Of a DNA stretch of 64,000 nucleotides, positions 1-10,005 are shown piece by piece; position 1 is the first letter of the stretch; the number at the start of each line of letters is the position of its first letter. Location of the stretch: IMG/VR virus record IMGVR_UViG_3300035670_000053, one strand, 5' to 3'. Origin of the DNA: a virus. The notes under the pieces are model-generated. The model was not told the DNA's origin and ran no database searches. It saw nothing but the letters and a program-made list of their open reading frames with translations. The translations under genes and the position numbers were made by a program.

Positions 1-2
1 TC

Positions 3-1454
3 GAAGGTCAATTATGGTATGACACTAGTGATCCCTTCAGTAAGGTACTGCGTATCATGGATGGTACCGCAGATAACGCTAGATGGCCTCTAGCAAGCGG
101 TATATACCAGCAAGGTAGCGATCCTAGAAGTTCCCCGTCTGCTGCCTTAAAGGTCGGTGATATTTGGGTTGATACTTCAAATAATCAATTAAAAATTTAT
201 AATAGTAACGATTGGACAGTTATAGGACCATTAGTAAGTTCAGGAACTTCAAAAACTGGAATTGAACCGGATGAAATTTTAGATACACAAAATAATTCTA
301 GATTTGTTATTAAAAATTTTATTAATGGTGAAGTTGTATCTATAATTGCTAATGCAACTTTTACCCCCAAAGTAGTAATAAGTGGTTTTAGTATATTAAG
401 ACCAGGAATAAATTTAAGTTCTAATAATTCAATATTACTTAATGGAATAGCATCAACATCATTAGCATTAGATGTATCAGGAAGAAGATTTACTGCAGAT
501 AAATTTTTAAGAAAGGATGATACATCTGGGCAAATTATTACTGGAAGAATTTGGTTTCAAACACCTGTTAATCAGACTAACTATTTGGCTAGAGATGGTA
601 TTGTAATTAATACTACATTAAATTCAGATTTTATTCAGCTACTCAAGTTGTCATCTGATGCAGTTTTATTAAACAATACCGTTGGTGGAAAAATTGTATT
701 TAAAACTAGGTCATCTCAAAGTGCTGGATTGACCAACACATTGATTTTAGATAATAAATCAGTAGCAATTAATACTGTAACAGATACAAATTATGCTCTA
801 TCAATAAATGGAAATTTAAAAGTATCAGGAAATCTAGATTTAATATCTACGGCATCATTTACAAATGTTGAAGTAGATAATACTTTTAAAGTTAGTGATG
901 TATTAAATGTATCACAAGATTATACTACTATAACAAATTTAGTTACATTAGGTACAACAAGTAGTTCTGGATTAATTTTATTGCCCGGTAATCATAATTC
1001 GTATGATATAGGCACACCTTCAGTATATTTTAGAAATTTATATGTTAGTTATATAGGAGCAGTTGGTACAGGAACGGTTATTCATGGAAATATAACTGGA
1101 TCATCTAATGGATTATTAAAAAGTACCCAATTTAAGCTAACTGGTGATATAGAATCAAATACAATTAACTTTAATGGAACTGGAACCTCCGCAACTTTTG
1201 TAACTAATATAACTTCGGCTGGAATAAAATCTATAACTCCCGTAGGATCCATTATTGCGTTTTCTACTTCAACAAGTCCTTCTGGATGGTTATTATGTGA
1301 TGGTTCAGCTATTTCAACTAGTACATATGATGAATTATTTGAAGTTATTGGATATAGTTATGGATCTTCGGGTGAGGATTTTAAGATACCTGATATGGTT
1401 TCAATAACTACAGCAACGGGTGGATTTCCTATACATTATATTATAAAGTATTAA
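3..1454 (+). CDS. Tail fibre/baseplate protein with C-terminal tail-collar domain (5' partial)
   Basis: Frame is open from nt 3 (EGQLWYDTS...) upstream of the tracked ATG at 57. GDIWVDT/GQxWxD motif shared with the next two ORFs. C-terminal PVGSIIAF...GWLLCDGS...LFEVIGYSYG...FKIPDM is a phage tail-collar signature. Confidence 0.8.
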   Translation, partial: EGQLWYDTSDPFSKVLRIMDGTADNARWPLASGIYQQGSDPRSSPSAALKVGDIWVDTSNNQLKIYNSNDWTVIGPLVSSGTSKTGIEPDEILDTQNNSRFVIKNFINGEVVSIIANATFTPKVVISGFSILRPGINLSSNNSILLNGIASTSLALDVSGRRFTADKFLRKDDTSGQIITGRIWFQTPVNQTNYLARDGIVINTTLNSDFIQLLKLSSDAVLLNNTVGGKIVFKTRSSQSAGLTNTLILDNKSVAINTVTDTNYALSINGNLKVSGNLDLISTASFTNVEVDNTFKVSDVLNVSQDYTTITNLVTLGTTSSSGLILLPGNHNSYDIGTPSVYFRNLYVSYIGAVGTGTVIHGNITGSSNGLLKSTQFKLTGDIESNTINFNGTGTSATFVTNITSAGIKSITPVGSIIAFSTSTSPSGWLLCDGSAISTSTYDELFEVIGYSYGSSGEDFKIPDMVSITTATGGFPIHYIIKY

Positions 1455-1458
1455 TACT

Positions 1459-2457
1459 ATGGCATATACAATATTAAGAGCAGATGGTTCGATTTTGTTA
1501 GAGTTAGCAGATGGTAGAGTAGATGATACTACTACTAGCTTGACACTTATTGGAAAAAACAGGGATGGGTATGGCGAACAATTAAATAATAATTTAATAA
1601 AATTGTTATCAAATTTCGCTAATACTTCTATTAATCCACCACGAAATCCAATAACTGGACAAATATGGTATGATAGAACTGCAAAAAGATTAAAAGTATA
1701 TGATGGTGAATTTAGAATTTTAAGTGGCGCAATTCTATCTGGTACAAGACCAACTAATGCTAACATTGGTGATTTATGGTTTGATACTATTAATAATCAA
1801 TTAAAAATATTGAATCAAGATTCTGAGTTATTAGTGGGACCATCTTTTTCATCTTTGGTTGGAGAAAACGGGTGGTCTTTACCCGCAACATTAATAAAAG
1901 ATGACAATGCAACAAGTAGAAATTTAACTTTATTAAAAAATTATGGGAAAACTATTGGAGTAATTTCTTCAGAACCTTTTGAAGTGTTTAACGTTGATTC
2001 TGCTACATATTTTGGTACATCAACATTTTCAATGGTTTCTGGCTTAAACATTTTAGGTGATATATCATATACAGGAAAAATTGAGCAAAAATATATAACA
2101 GTATCATTACCTAATAGTTCAGTTGCGGCAGGCAGTCCAGCGATTGATAATACTGATGAATTTTTGACTCAAACCAACAATATTATAACTATACTAAATG
2201 CAACATATCCGATTAATACTACTACCAATTTATTAATATCTAACACTGTGAATAGTTCTTCTATAGAAAGAGGAGTCCCTGTTAATAGTGAGGCGAGAGT
2301 AATATTAACTGGTGGCTTTATATTAGCTGGATCTCCATTTAATGGTCTTCAAATTAGAAGATTTATAGCAAGAACGAATACTTGGGATTATTATGATATT
2401 ACTGGCGGTGTATTTAATACTTTAACTAACGTTATAGCTACATTCGAAGGAACATAA
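1459..2457 (+). CDS. Tail/baseplate structural protein (paralogue of 2459..3655)
   Basis: N-terminus MAYTI...SLTLIGKN..GYGE..N.N..KLL.NFAN...P..GQIWYD is shared with the downstream ORF; structural gene context. Confidence 0.65.
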   Translation: MAYTILRADGSILLELADGRVDDTTTSLTLIGKNRDGYGEQLNNNLIKLLSNFANTSINPPRNPITGQIWYDRTAKRLKVYDGEFRILSGAILSGTRPTNANIGDLWFDTINNQLKILNQDSELLVGPSFSSLVGENGWSLPATLIKDDNATSRNLTLLKNYGKTIGVISSEPFEVFNVDSATYFGTSTFSMVSGLNILGDISYTGKIEQKYITVSLPNSSVAAGSPAIDNTDEFLTQTNNIITILNATYPINTTTNLLISNTVNSSSIERGVPVNSEARVILTGGFILAGSPFNGLQIRRFIARTNTWDYYDITGGVFNTLTNVIATFEGT

Positions 2458-2458
2458 C

Positions 2459-3655
2459 ATGCCATATATTATTAATAAAACAAATGGATCTAGAATAACA
2501 ATTTTAGATGACGCAGCTTTAAGTAAAACAACAAGTTTAACTTTTGTTGGTAGAAATTTCTCTGGTTACGGGGAAATTATTAATGAAAATTTCTTAAAAT
2601 TACTAGAAAGTTTTTCAAATACTACACAACCAATCACTCCTATAACTGGGCAATTGTGGTTTGATACTAGCCTTGATGTTAAAAAGTTAAATGTTTACGA
2701 TGGTCTAGCTTTTAAAGGTATTGCAAGTTTAATCGTTTCCTCATCACCTCCTACGAATGTAACTGAAGGAGATTTATGGTGGGATAATAACAATCAACAG
2801 TTGAAATTATATAGTGGATTTGAATATAAAATTATTGGCCCAGCACCAAGTACACGTGCTGCGTGGGAAGTTGGTGAAGAACAAATTGATGAAGCTCAAC
2901 TAATTACAACTCCAGTTATACAAGGAACTTTCGGTGGTGATGCAATAGTTTTAGTTAGTAATGAACCAGATTTTAATCCAGTTGCTCAATCCGCACTATA
3001 TGAAAAATTTCCAGTTGTAAAAAAAGGTATAACCTTATATGGTGCAAAAGAAGATACTGGTTCATCTAAAGAATTTGGATATTATTTTTGGGGAACAGCA
3101 GCTGATGCATTAGTTGCAACAACTTCAACCAGTTTTTCAATAAATTATACAACTACAAACGCTACTTTTCATGTTCCATTTGCTAATACATCTACTGGCT
3201 TCCCTCAAATGTATTCAAATGATGGAATCACATTCAATCCATCTTCTGGTGTTCTGACTACAATAGCATCATCATCACGATATGCAGACTTGGCAGAAAG
3301 ATACAAGAGTGATAATCCCTATGATATGGGATCAGTTTTAATTATTGGTGGTTCTCAAGAAGTTACTGAAACACATAGAAGGGCAGATACATCAGTTATT
3401 GGAATAGTGTCATGTAATCCTGCATTTAGAATGAATGAAATAACTGATGATGAATCAAGAAATCCATATATTGCATTACGTGGAAGGGTGCCATGCAAAG
3501 TAATTGGCCCAATTAAGAAAGGGACCATGTTAGTAACGAGTTCATATCCAGGTTATGCAGAGGCATTTAGGTCAGGAGATGACCCAAATGCTGTATTTGC
3601 AAGAGCTTTATATGATTTTAACGGAAATAAGGGTTTAGTAGAAGTTGTTGTTTAA
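2459..3655 (+). CDS. Tail protein with C-terminal peptidase G2-like autocleavage/chaperone domain
   Basis: Same N-terminal module as the upstream ORF. C-terminal YADLAERY...VIGIVS.NPA..MN...IALRGRVPCKV.G...KG.MLVTS. Confidence 0.65.
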   Translation: MPYIINKTNGSRITILDDAALSKTTSLTFVGRNFSGYGEIINENFLKLLESFSNTTQPITPITGQLWFDTSLDVKKLNVYDGLAFKGIASLIVSSSPPTNVTEGDLWWDNNNQQLKLYSGFEYKIIGPAPSTRAAWEVGEEQIDEAQLITTPVIQGTFGGDAIVLVSNEPDFNPVAQSALYEKFPVVKKGITLYGAKEDTGSSKEFGYYFWGTAADALVATTSTSFSINYTTTNATFHVPFANTSTGFPQMYSNDGITFNPSSGVLTTIASSSRYADLAERYKSDNPYDMGSVLIIGGSQEVTETHRRADTSVIGIVSCNPAFRMNEITDDESRNPYIALRGRVPCKVIGPIKKGTMLVTSSYPGYAEAFRSGDDPNAVFARALYDFNGNKGLVEVVV

Positions 3656-4536
3656 ACGGCCATGATAGCCTTTATAGGCTCATGGCAGTTATAATTTACT
3701 AACTCTACATCATTCATTGTAAAATCAGTAATTCTAGAAACTTCACTATTCATTTTTAGTGTTGGCCATGGTAAAGGCTTTCTAGCTAGCTGTTCTTTTA
3801 CTTGATCAATGTGATTGTTATATATATGAGCATCACCGATAACAATAGATAATTCATCTACTTCATAATTACATACTTGTGCTAGCATATGTGTGAATAA
3901 TGCATAACTTGCTATGTTAAATGGTAATCCCAAAAACATATCAGATGACCTCTGATACATTTGGCAGCTTAATTTACCATTGTTCACATAAAACTGAGAC
4001 ATAACATGACATGGTGGTAATGCCATTAGCTCAATTTCTCCTGGATTCCATGCAGTTAATATATGCCGTCTACTGTAAGGATCATTTTTTAAATTTTCAA
4101 CTAATTCTAGAAGTTGATCATGATTTTGTAATACAACTTTATTGATTCTAATCAATGGTTTGCGCCAACGTCTCCATTGAACTCCATAAATTCTACCTAA
4201 ATCACCAGGATGTCTTTGAAGTTTACGATTGACCCAATATGGTGCTTGTGCATTATCAGTCCATATTGTTTTTTTATCAATATATCTTTCCCCGTGTAAT
4301 ATTTCTTTTAGTCTAAATTCGTCATTACTTCCTTCTATAAACCATAGAAGTTCACTAACCATGGCTTTCCATGCTAGTTTTTTGGTAGTAATTGCTGGAA
4401 ATTCTTCTTTTAAATCAAAAGTTAATTGTAACCCGAATAAACTTTTAGTTCCAACTCCAGTACGATCATTTCTATTATTTCCATTATATAACACATTTTC
4501 TAACGCATTGAGATAAGTATATTCTTGATGATTCAT
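3652..4536 (-). CDS. thyA: Thymidylate synthase
   Basis: DRTGVGT, ELLWF, catalytic LPPCH, YQRSSD, GLPFN, GDAHIY motifs. Confidence 0.97.
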   Translation of the reverse strand: MNHQEYTYLNALENVLYNGNNRNDRTGVGTKSLFGLQLTFDLKEEFPAITTKKLAWKAMVSELLWFIEGSNDEFRLKEILHGERYIDKKTIWTDNAQAPYWVNRKLQRHPGDLGRIYGVQWRRWRKPLIRINKVVLQNHDQLLELVENLKNDPYSRRHILTAWNPGEIELMALPPCHVMSQFYVNNGKLSCQMYQRSSDMFLGLPFNIASYALFTHMLAQVCNYEVDELSIVIGDAHIYNNHIDQVKEQLARKPLPWPTLKMNSEVSRITDFTMNDVELVNYNCHEPIKAIMAV

Positions 4537-5012
4537 TTTGAGTATTTTTTTATAGTGTAAGATATATCACTATCAATATGAGATGATATAATTGATGTAT
4601 TTTTGTAATTATTTTTTACAAAATCTAAATTAAAAAACCTATCACAATCAAAAGATTGATCTATTTCAGTAACGTAAAAATTATCTATAATATCCATACT
4701 AGAATTATAGAGTTTTTCCCCTCCAATTATGAATATTTCTTTTTCTGGGTGATGTTTTTTTGCAAAAAATATAGATGCTTCTAATGCTGAAAAGCATAAA
4801 TCTGCGTCATGTTTGAATCTTGAAATCACACAATTGATTCTATTGGGCAGTTTATTCGGTAAGCTTCTCCAAGTAGTTGACCCCATTATCACAAAATTGT
4901 TTTCAGTTTGTGATTTAAAAAATTTCATGTCATTTTTTAAATGGGGCCATGGCAATTTTCCCAAAAATCCAATTCCAGATTGTTTGTCTACTGCTACTAT
5001 TGAATTTATCAT
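4533..5012 (-). CDS. folA: Dihydrofolate reductase
   Basis: IG..GKLPW, VIMGSTTW.SLP..LP.R, IFIIGG motifs; adjacent to thyA. Confidence 0.93.
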   Translation of the reverse strand: MINSIVAVDKQSGIGFLGKLPWPHLKNDMKFFKSQTENNFVIMGSTTWRSLPNKLPNRINCVISRFKHDADLCFSALEASIFFAKKHHPEKEIFIIGGEKLYNSSMDIIDNFYVTEIDQSFDCDRFFNLDFVKNNYKNTSIISSHIDSDISYTIKKYSK

Positions 5013-5623
5013 TCACTGACCGTTTCAACTTTTTGTCTTTTTTTTATAGGATCAAGTTCTTCAGCTTTTTTTCGTAGTTGTTGTGCCTGTTTAAACAATG
5101 CGTCTGCTTTTGACCTCAATTCAGTAGCTGACAACTTTGAAATATCAATAGATGTGTCTTCTGTTAATGTCATAGCAGCCTTTTCTGTAACTTTACTGGA
5201 TTCAACTACTTGTGTTTGTTTTTCTGCTACTGATTGCTTTTTACCCTCAGAAATAGCCAAATCTTCAATGCTTACACCTTTTTGTTCAGCAATTAATCTA
5301 TTTAATTCATCTAATGGTACAGATGTCTGTGGATTAGGAGTTACCAATACTTCACTAGTTGGTACTTTTTTTAGTTGATTACGATTATGTAACCATGCTA
5401 ACATATTATTTCCATCTGGAAAACTTCTTACAGATAATATGTCTGCAAATTCATTAGCTTGTTGACCGCTAGGATCTTGAATCAAATTCATTAATGCATT
5501 GTGATAAGCATCACCTAAATTAGATGTTCCTACTACTAGTGCACTATTTGGATCTCCCGGTAAAGTTCTATAAACAATAACTATTTTTGCGTTATTATTT
5601 TTCATTTTTCCAACGTGTTTCAT
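5009..5623 (-). CDS. Conserved-looking phage hypothetical protein
   Basis: 204 aa ORF tiling with neighbours; charged coiled-coil-like C-terminus. Confidence 0.7.
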   Translation of the reverse strand: MKHVGKMKNNNAKIVIVYRTLPGDPNSALVVGTSNLGDAYHNALMNLIQDPSGQQANEFADILSVRSFPDGNNMLAWLHNRNQLKKVPTSEVLVTPNPQTSVPLDELNRLIAEQKGVSIEDLAISEGKKQSVAEKQTQVVESSKVTEKAAMTLTEDTSIDISKLSATELRSKADALFKQAQQLRKKAEELDPIKKRQKVETVSE

Positions 5624-5634
5624 TGTTTATCCTA

Positions 5635-5856
5635 TTATTTTGTAGAAATTGAGCTTAAAAATGTGTTAACTCTGTCGTATACTGTTCCAACAGCCGTTAA
5701 TTCATTTGCTTGGAATGCACCTCTACGAACCGCAGTTTCAACTAATGTTTTTAGTGCTTGTAAATCGGAAACAGAAAGTTCTGTCGTATTGTTTGGTTGT
5801 TGATCTTGTGTATTTTCCATGTTTAGCCTTTCAAAAAATTTGGATATGATATACAA
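5635..5856 (-). CDS. Small hypothetical protein
   Basis: 73 aa ORF in operon orientation. Confidence 0.6.
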   Translation of the reverse strand: MYIISKFFERLNMENTQDQQPNNTTELSVSDLQALKTLVETAVRRGAFQANELTAVGTVYDRVNTFLSSISTK

Positions 5857-6104
5857 AAAACTGTTAAATCTTTTTCATCTTCGAATCCAACTACTACTTT
5901 TTCGCACAAACCATATGTATCTAATACGGTTATTCGTGTAATTGAATACCTACTATTTAAGTTATATTCAATCCAGTGTTCTAAAAATTCAGTAGTTATA
6001 TAGTTTTCTGGCATCTGAATTTTATGAAAAGTGTCGGGCATAAAATTTATTTTTCTTATACCCAACACATTCAATGGATTAATTGTTCCATTAGCCAATG
6101 ACAT
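5823..6104 (-). CDS. Small hypothetical protein with F-E-D-E-K-D-L-T-V-F motif
   Basis: 93 aa. C-terminal FEDEKDLTVF resembles the ends of the 44860-48951 array proteins. Confidence 0.55.
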   Translation of the reverse strand: MSLANGTINPLNVLGIRKINFMPDTFHKIQMPENYITTEFLEHWIEYNLNSRYSITRITVLDTYGLCEKVVVGFEDEKDLTVFCISYPNFLKG

Positions 6105-6106
6105 GA

Positions 6107-7360
6107 TTACTCATCATAATATGCATGTTCGCCAAATGGTGGAACAATAGAATCATTTCCGTGGATAATAAACAATGTATCACAATAATCCTCATCACCC
6201 CAACTTCCACCCGGATATCCATCAGTGAACATAATAAATTTCTTGGGTTGAATATCATTCTCTTGCATAAATTTCCAGTTAGCTTCAAATGCAGTTCCAC
6301 CACCGCCTTTTACTTTATAAGACAAAATTTCGTCAGCATTATCGGAAGTAAAAGTTTCATAGTTATAGACTGCGGTATCAAAACACCAAAGTTTAATTTT
6401 AAAATCTTGATATTCATCCATGATTCCTTTAATTTCAGATAGGAAATCTTTGGCTTGTGTGTCACTAATACTTCCACTCATGTCAATGGCGATACTTACA
6501 TCAATTGTATCTTCATTTAGTAGACCTGGTAAAATTGCTCCACTATGTTGACTTTTTCTATTCGGTCTACTGAAACTAAAATTGCTTTTTAGAATACTTT
6601 GAATGTTCATTCTAAGTAATTCTCTCCAATCCATTTTTGGTTCAGTGAAATCCTTGATCATTCTTTGAATTCCTGCTGGAATTTTACCAGCACCTACACT
6701 TTGTGCAGAAGAAATCATTGCTTCTTTAATTTCTTCACGAATGGCATCTCTTTCCTCTTTAGTTAGACGGGGTTTTTTTGGATTATTCTGGTCATTATTT
6801 TCATCACCATTTCCATCATCTCCGTCAAGATGTTCATCAAACATATCACCTAGGTCTTGAATATTAATCTTTTTTGCTTTTGAAAAAAGTTCATCGTAAA
6901 TTTCTTCAAAACTTTTATCGCGATACTTGTTATCTTGAAAAATTTTTAAGAATTTCGGTACAGCACCAATCTTTTCATCAACCAATATTTGATTTACCGC
7001 ATAATCTGCTGCTACATTACTTAACATAGCATCACGGGATTCTTTTCTTCCTAGATGATCAAATACATTGTGTAGAACTTCGTGGGCAAATCCAAACTCA
7101 CATTCTTTAGCACTAAGTTTGTCAACAAAACCGTTGTTGTAATAAAATTTTCTACCATCAGTTGCTAAAGTTGTGCACCAATCACTGGCGTCTACTAAAG
7201 TTAGACGAGTTGCCATATTACCAAAAAATGGATGCTTTAATAGCAGACCAACACGTGCAGTTGTTAGCTTTTCAACAAGCTTGTTTTTTTCAGAATTTGA
7301 AAATTGCTTCTTTGACCAATCATCTTTTGATTGCTTTGTACTAGTATTTTTAGCTGTCAT
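6107..7360 (-). CDS. Metallopeptidase-like (HExxH) plus vWA domain protein (DUF2201-type)
   Basis: AHEVLH motif; MIDAS-like IDMSGS; GGGT near C-terminus; directly downstream of a MoxR-like AAA gene. Confidence 0.85.
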   Translation of the reverse strand: MTAKNTSTKQSKDDWSKKQFSNSEKNKLVEKLTTARVGLLLKHPFFGNMATRLTLVDASDWCTTLATDGRKFYYNNGFVDKLSAKECEFGFAHEVLHNVFDHLGRKESRDAMLSNVAADYAVNQILVDEKIGAVPKFLKIFQDNKYRDKSFEEIYDELFSKAKKINIQDLGDMFDEHLDGDDGNGDENNDQNNPKKPRLTKEERDAIREEIKEAMISSAQSVGAGKIPAGIQRMIKDFTEPKMDWRELLRMNIQSILKSNFSFSRPNRKSQHSGAILPGLLNEDTIDVSIAIDMSGSISDTQAKDFLSEIKGIMDEYQDFKIKLWCFDTAVYNYETFTSDNADEILSYKVKGGGGTAFEANWKFMQENDIQPKKFIMFTDGYPGGSWGDEDYCDTLFIIHGNDSIVPPFGEHAYYDE

Positions 7361-7386
7361 ATTAATCCTTTATTAGTTTAAGCATA

Positions 7387-7404
7387 AAGGCCCTTACGGG
7401 CCTT
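7387..7404 (-). terminator. GC-rich hairpin between the AAA and vWA genes
   Basis: AAGGCCC-GTAA-GGGCCTT, 7 bp stem with GNRA loop; only a weak U-tract follows, so it may be a stability/processing hairpin. Confidence 0.5.
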
Positions 7405-7407
7405 GTA

Positions 7408-8490
7408 TCAATTTTCCATTGCTTGGACGATGAACTTACCGTATTTTGAATGGAATTCATCAAAATTAGTAAGTTTACCGGCGTCGAATGGAAGTTCGTA
7501 AGTACTTAGTGCAGTTTTTGCCCCCATAACTACTAGCTCGGTTGGGAAATTTTTCATCATGAACCCAAAGAAATTATCGGCCATTTCATCCCAGTTCTTA
7601 ACCTTTTTAAGGTTAGCTGACTTTAGTTCATAACACAGGCTGATAGTCAAAGAATACATTGCTGAAATTTCCTTGATATCACACTTTTTGATCTTACCAG
7701 AAAGCACTAGTTCTGGATTTGGCATTTGTTTAGCAACCTTTCGGTGAGCCATAAACTTAACAGCTAGTCCTTCGCCTACTGCACCTGACACTAGATCATT
7801 TAGTGTTTTATCTGAAATATCATCATCGTTTAGAAGTTCACTTACGAAGCTCCATGAACGGGGTGTTGCAAAGCTCTTGCTGGGTGACTTTGGATCAAAG
7901 TCATAAAGATCTTGTTTTGCAAACCCAATATATCCCACGACTTGTTCATGGACATTGTTAGTAACAGCCCACTTGTGCCAATCATCATAATCAACACGTA
8001 GTTCAATATGAATAAAACGGTTTGCCAAAGGAGCAGGCATTCTATAAGTTACACCCTTATCTGTTTCTCGATTTCCAGCTGCAATAATACTTACATTACG
8101 TGGAAGTTCATATGTTCCGACTCTACGATTCAGAATAAGCTGATATGCGGCAGCTTGGGTAGCGGGTGCAGCAGAATTTAGCTCGTCAAGAAATAGGATG
8201 CTGTTGTCTTCAGGGTCAGTTGGAAACTCAAGTGGTGGAGCCCACGCCATAGTATTGCTTAATGAATTATAATATGGAATTCCCTTGATATCAGTTGGTT
8301 CCCATAGAGACAAACGAACATCGATTACTTTACGATTTTGTTCGTTGCCAATCTGCTTTACGATATCACTCTTACCGATACCAGGAGGCCCCCACATAAA
8401 AACAGGACGGCTACTTTTCATACACTTTGTAATTGCTGTTTTAGCTTCATTTGGGCCAAGGGTGCGGGAAACAATGTTTTTTTCTGCCAT
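7408..8490 (-). CDS. MoxR-like AAA+ ATPase
   Basis: Walker A GPPGIGKS, Walker B ILFLDE, AAGN, LANRF; paired with a vWA gene. Confidence 0.88.
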   Translation of the reverse strand: MAEKNIVSRTLGPNEAKTAITKCMKSSRPVFMWGPPGIGKSDIVKQIGNEQNRKVIDVRLSLWEPTDIKGIPYYNSLSNTMAWAPPLEFPTDPEDNSILFLDELNSAAPATQAAAYQLILNRRVGTYELPRNVSIIAAGNRETDKGVTYRMPAPLANRFIHIELRVDYDDWHKWAVTNNVHEQVVGYIGFAKQDLYDFDPKSPSKSFATPRSWSFVSELLNDDDISDKTLNDLVSGAVGEGLAVKFMAHRKVAKQMPNPELVLSGKIKKCDIKEISAMYSLTISLCYELKSANLKKVKNWDEMADNFFGFMMKNFPTELVVMGAKTALSTYELPFDAGKLTNFDEFHSKYGKFIVQAMEN

Positions 8491-8542
8491 GATGTACTCT
8501 CTTTCAATAGTTAGTTAAGGATTGTTGTCGTGCAACAAGGTT

Positions 8543-8571
8543 ATTGTAGCACTACTAGGATTAGGAATCAA
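8543..8571 (-). promoter_or_regulatory. Sigma70-like early promoter
   Basis: TTGATT-17 nt-TACAAT upstream of the AAA gene. Confidence 0.7.
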
Positions 8572-8938
8572 GCAACTTTTTTACGTGTGTTGTAAACTTG
8601 TGTAAATCGCCATCTAATAAAATTAGATGTATTGCAGTAGTTTCATTAAAAACGTAAATATGGTTTTTTGTTATAAAATATGGGGATTTTAGATTTTGAT
8701 CTAATATTAGTATTAGATTGTTGTTGCAAATGATATTTTTTGGAAAATTAATTTTATATTTTTTTATATCACATTTGCATAGAGCATTAAAGCCTTCTTC
8801 AGAAAGACCCAATCCACCTGAATCTTTTACTCTAATGCTTCTCCACCAAAGAAATAAGTATTTTTTAAAATTTTTTTCATCAGAGGGCAATGACAAATGA
8901 TCTATAATAAATTTAGTTATAGCTAACTTTTGATTCAT
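8561..8938 (-). CDS. Hypothetical protein
   Basis: 125 aa ORF preceded by ATAAATA. Confidence 0.65.
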   Translation of the reverse strand: MNQKLAITKFIIDHLSLPSDEKNFKKYLFLWWRSIRVKDSGGLGLSEEGFNALCKCDIKKYKINFPKNIICNNNLILILDQNLKSPYFITKNHIYVFNETTAIHLILLDGDLHKFTTHVKKLLDS

Positions 8939-8957
8939 TGCTGTATTTATTGTATTT

Positions 8958-9260
8958 TTATTCCTCTGATTTTATTTCATGAACTTTTTCGCCAGTAGTC
9001 AATTTATATACTGAAAAATCATTACACTTGTATACTTTATTAAGTTTTTCAGCTAAATTAAAAGCATGCCCTGAGTTTGAAAAAGAAATTTTTTTATATT
9101 TTGGACTTATTTTATTAGTCAGATAATTTGAAATTTTTATATTTATAGGTTTATCTTTGTAATAAACAGCCCAAATAGCTTCTGCTTCTAGGACTTCTTC
9201 TAGTTTAAAAGTTTTTTTATCTATTAGTTCAAGTAAAACTTTTGGTTTTGGGCGGCTCAC
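8958..9260 (-). CDS. Hypothetical phage protein
   Basis: GTG start with GGAG Shine-Dalgarno; ATAAATA at 9291-9297. Confidence 0.7.
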   Translation of the reverse strand: MSRPKPKVLLELIDKKTFKLEEVLEAEAIWAVYYKDKPINIKISNYLTNKISPKYKKISFSNSGHAFNLAEKLNKVYKCNDFSVYKLTTGEKVHEIKSEE

Positions 9261-9296
9261 AATAATACTCCAATAAATTAATTATCGTAGTATTTA

Positions 9297-9518
9297 TTAA
9301 AATTTACCACCATTAAATGTTACAGTTATGTTATCATTTGCTTTTTCGGACACCTGTTTGTCTAGATTTCCTGCTAATCTAGTCATAACTATAGATAAAC
9401 TATTTTGCAAATCGCTTACTTCTTTTAAAGAAAGAACTAAATTTTTCTGATTGGAACGAATTGCAACCCTTGCTTTATCTAGAAAATCTTCAATCGGCAA
9501 GGTGTTGATGCTTTTCAT
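9297..9518 (-). CDS. Hypothetical protein
   Basis: 73 aa ORF tiling with neighbours. Confidence 0.6.
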   Translation of the reverse strand: MKSINTLPIEDFLDKARVAIRSNQKNLVLSLKEVSDLQNSLSIVMTRLAGNLDKQVSEKANDNITVTFNGGKF

Positions 9519-10005
9519 AATTGTTTAACTCAATTAATTTTTGTTTTAAATCATAATCGGATTTAAATGGTCCATGATATAAGTTATTATCTAATGTTAT
9601 TAGTTTTGGACAATAATTTTTAACCCAACCCTTTTTTATCTTTATAAGATAATATCCTGCACAGTAATAACTTTTACTATTTGCTCTTTTTAGATATAAT
9701 GGTAGCTTTTTCTTTATATCATATACTGGAGCTATTGGCTTATTTTTACATGGATATCCATATATTTGTTTGATATCGTATTTAGATTGATGAAGTTTTG
9801 TGTCAGATGCTAATTTAATACCAAAATTTTTCTCAAAATCTAATAAATTTTTAATTTCTACTTTTTTGCCATTTTTTAGAAAAAAATATTTGTTTTTTTC
9901 TTTACAAATGGAGCCTATTTTATATTCATTTTGGTATAAAAGCCATTCTTTATTTTTTAATAAGGCCTTTGTTTCTATTTTTATATTATTAATTGTATTT
10001 TGCAT
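9490..10005 (-). CDS. Hypothetical protein
   Basis: 171 aa basic ORF tiling with neighbours. Confidence 0.6.
   Translation of the reverse strand: MQNTINNIKIETKALLKNKEWLLYQNEYKIGSICKEKNKYFFLKNGKKVEIKNLLDFEKNFGIKLASDTKLHQSKYDIKQIYGYPCKNKPIAPVYDIKKKLPLYLKRANSKSYYCAGYYLIKIKKGWVKNYCPKLITLDNNLYHGPFKSDYDLKQKLIELNNYEKHQHLAD

Noticed and set aside
1401-1766. Antisense ORF across the tail genes, and similar short plus-strand ORFs throughout the window
   Set aside because: They overlap well-supported genes on the opposite strand and show no motifs.
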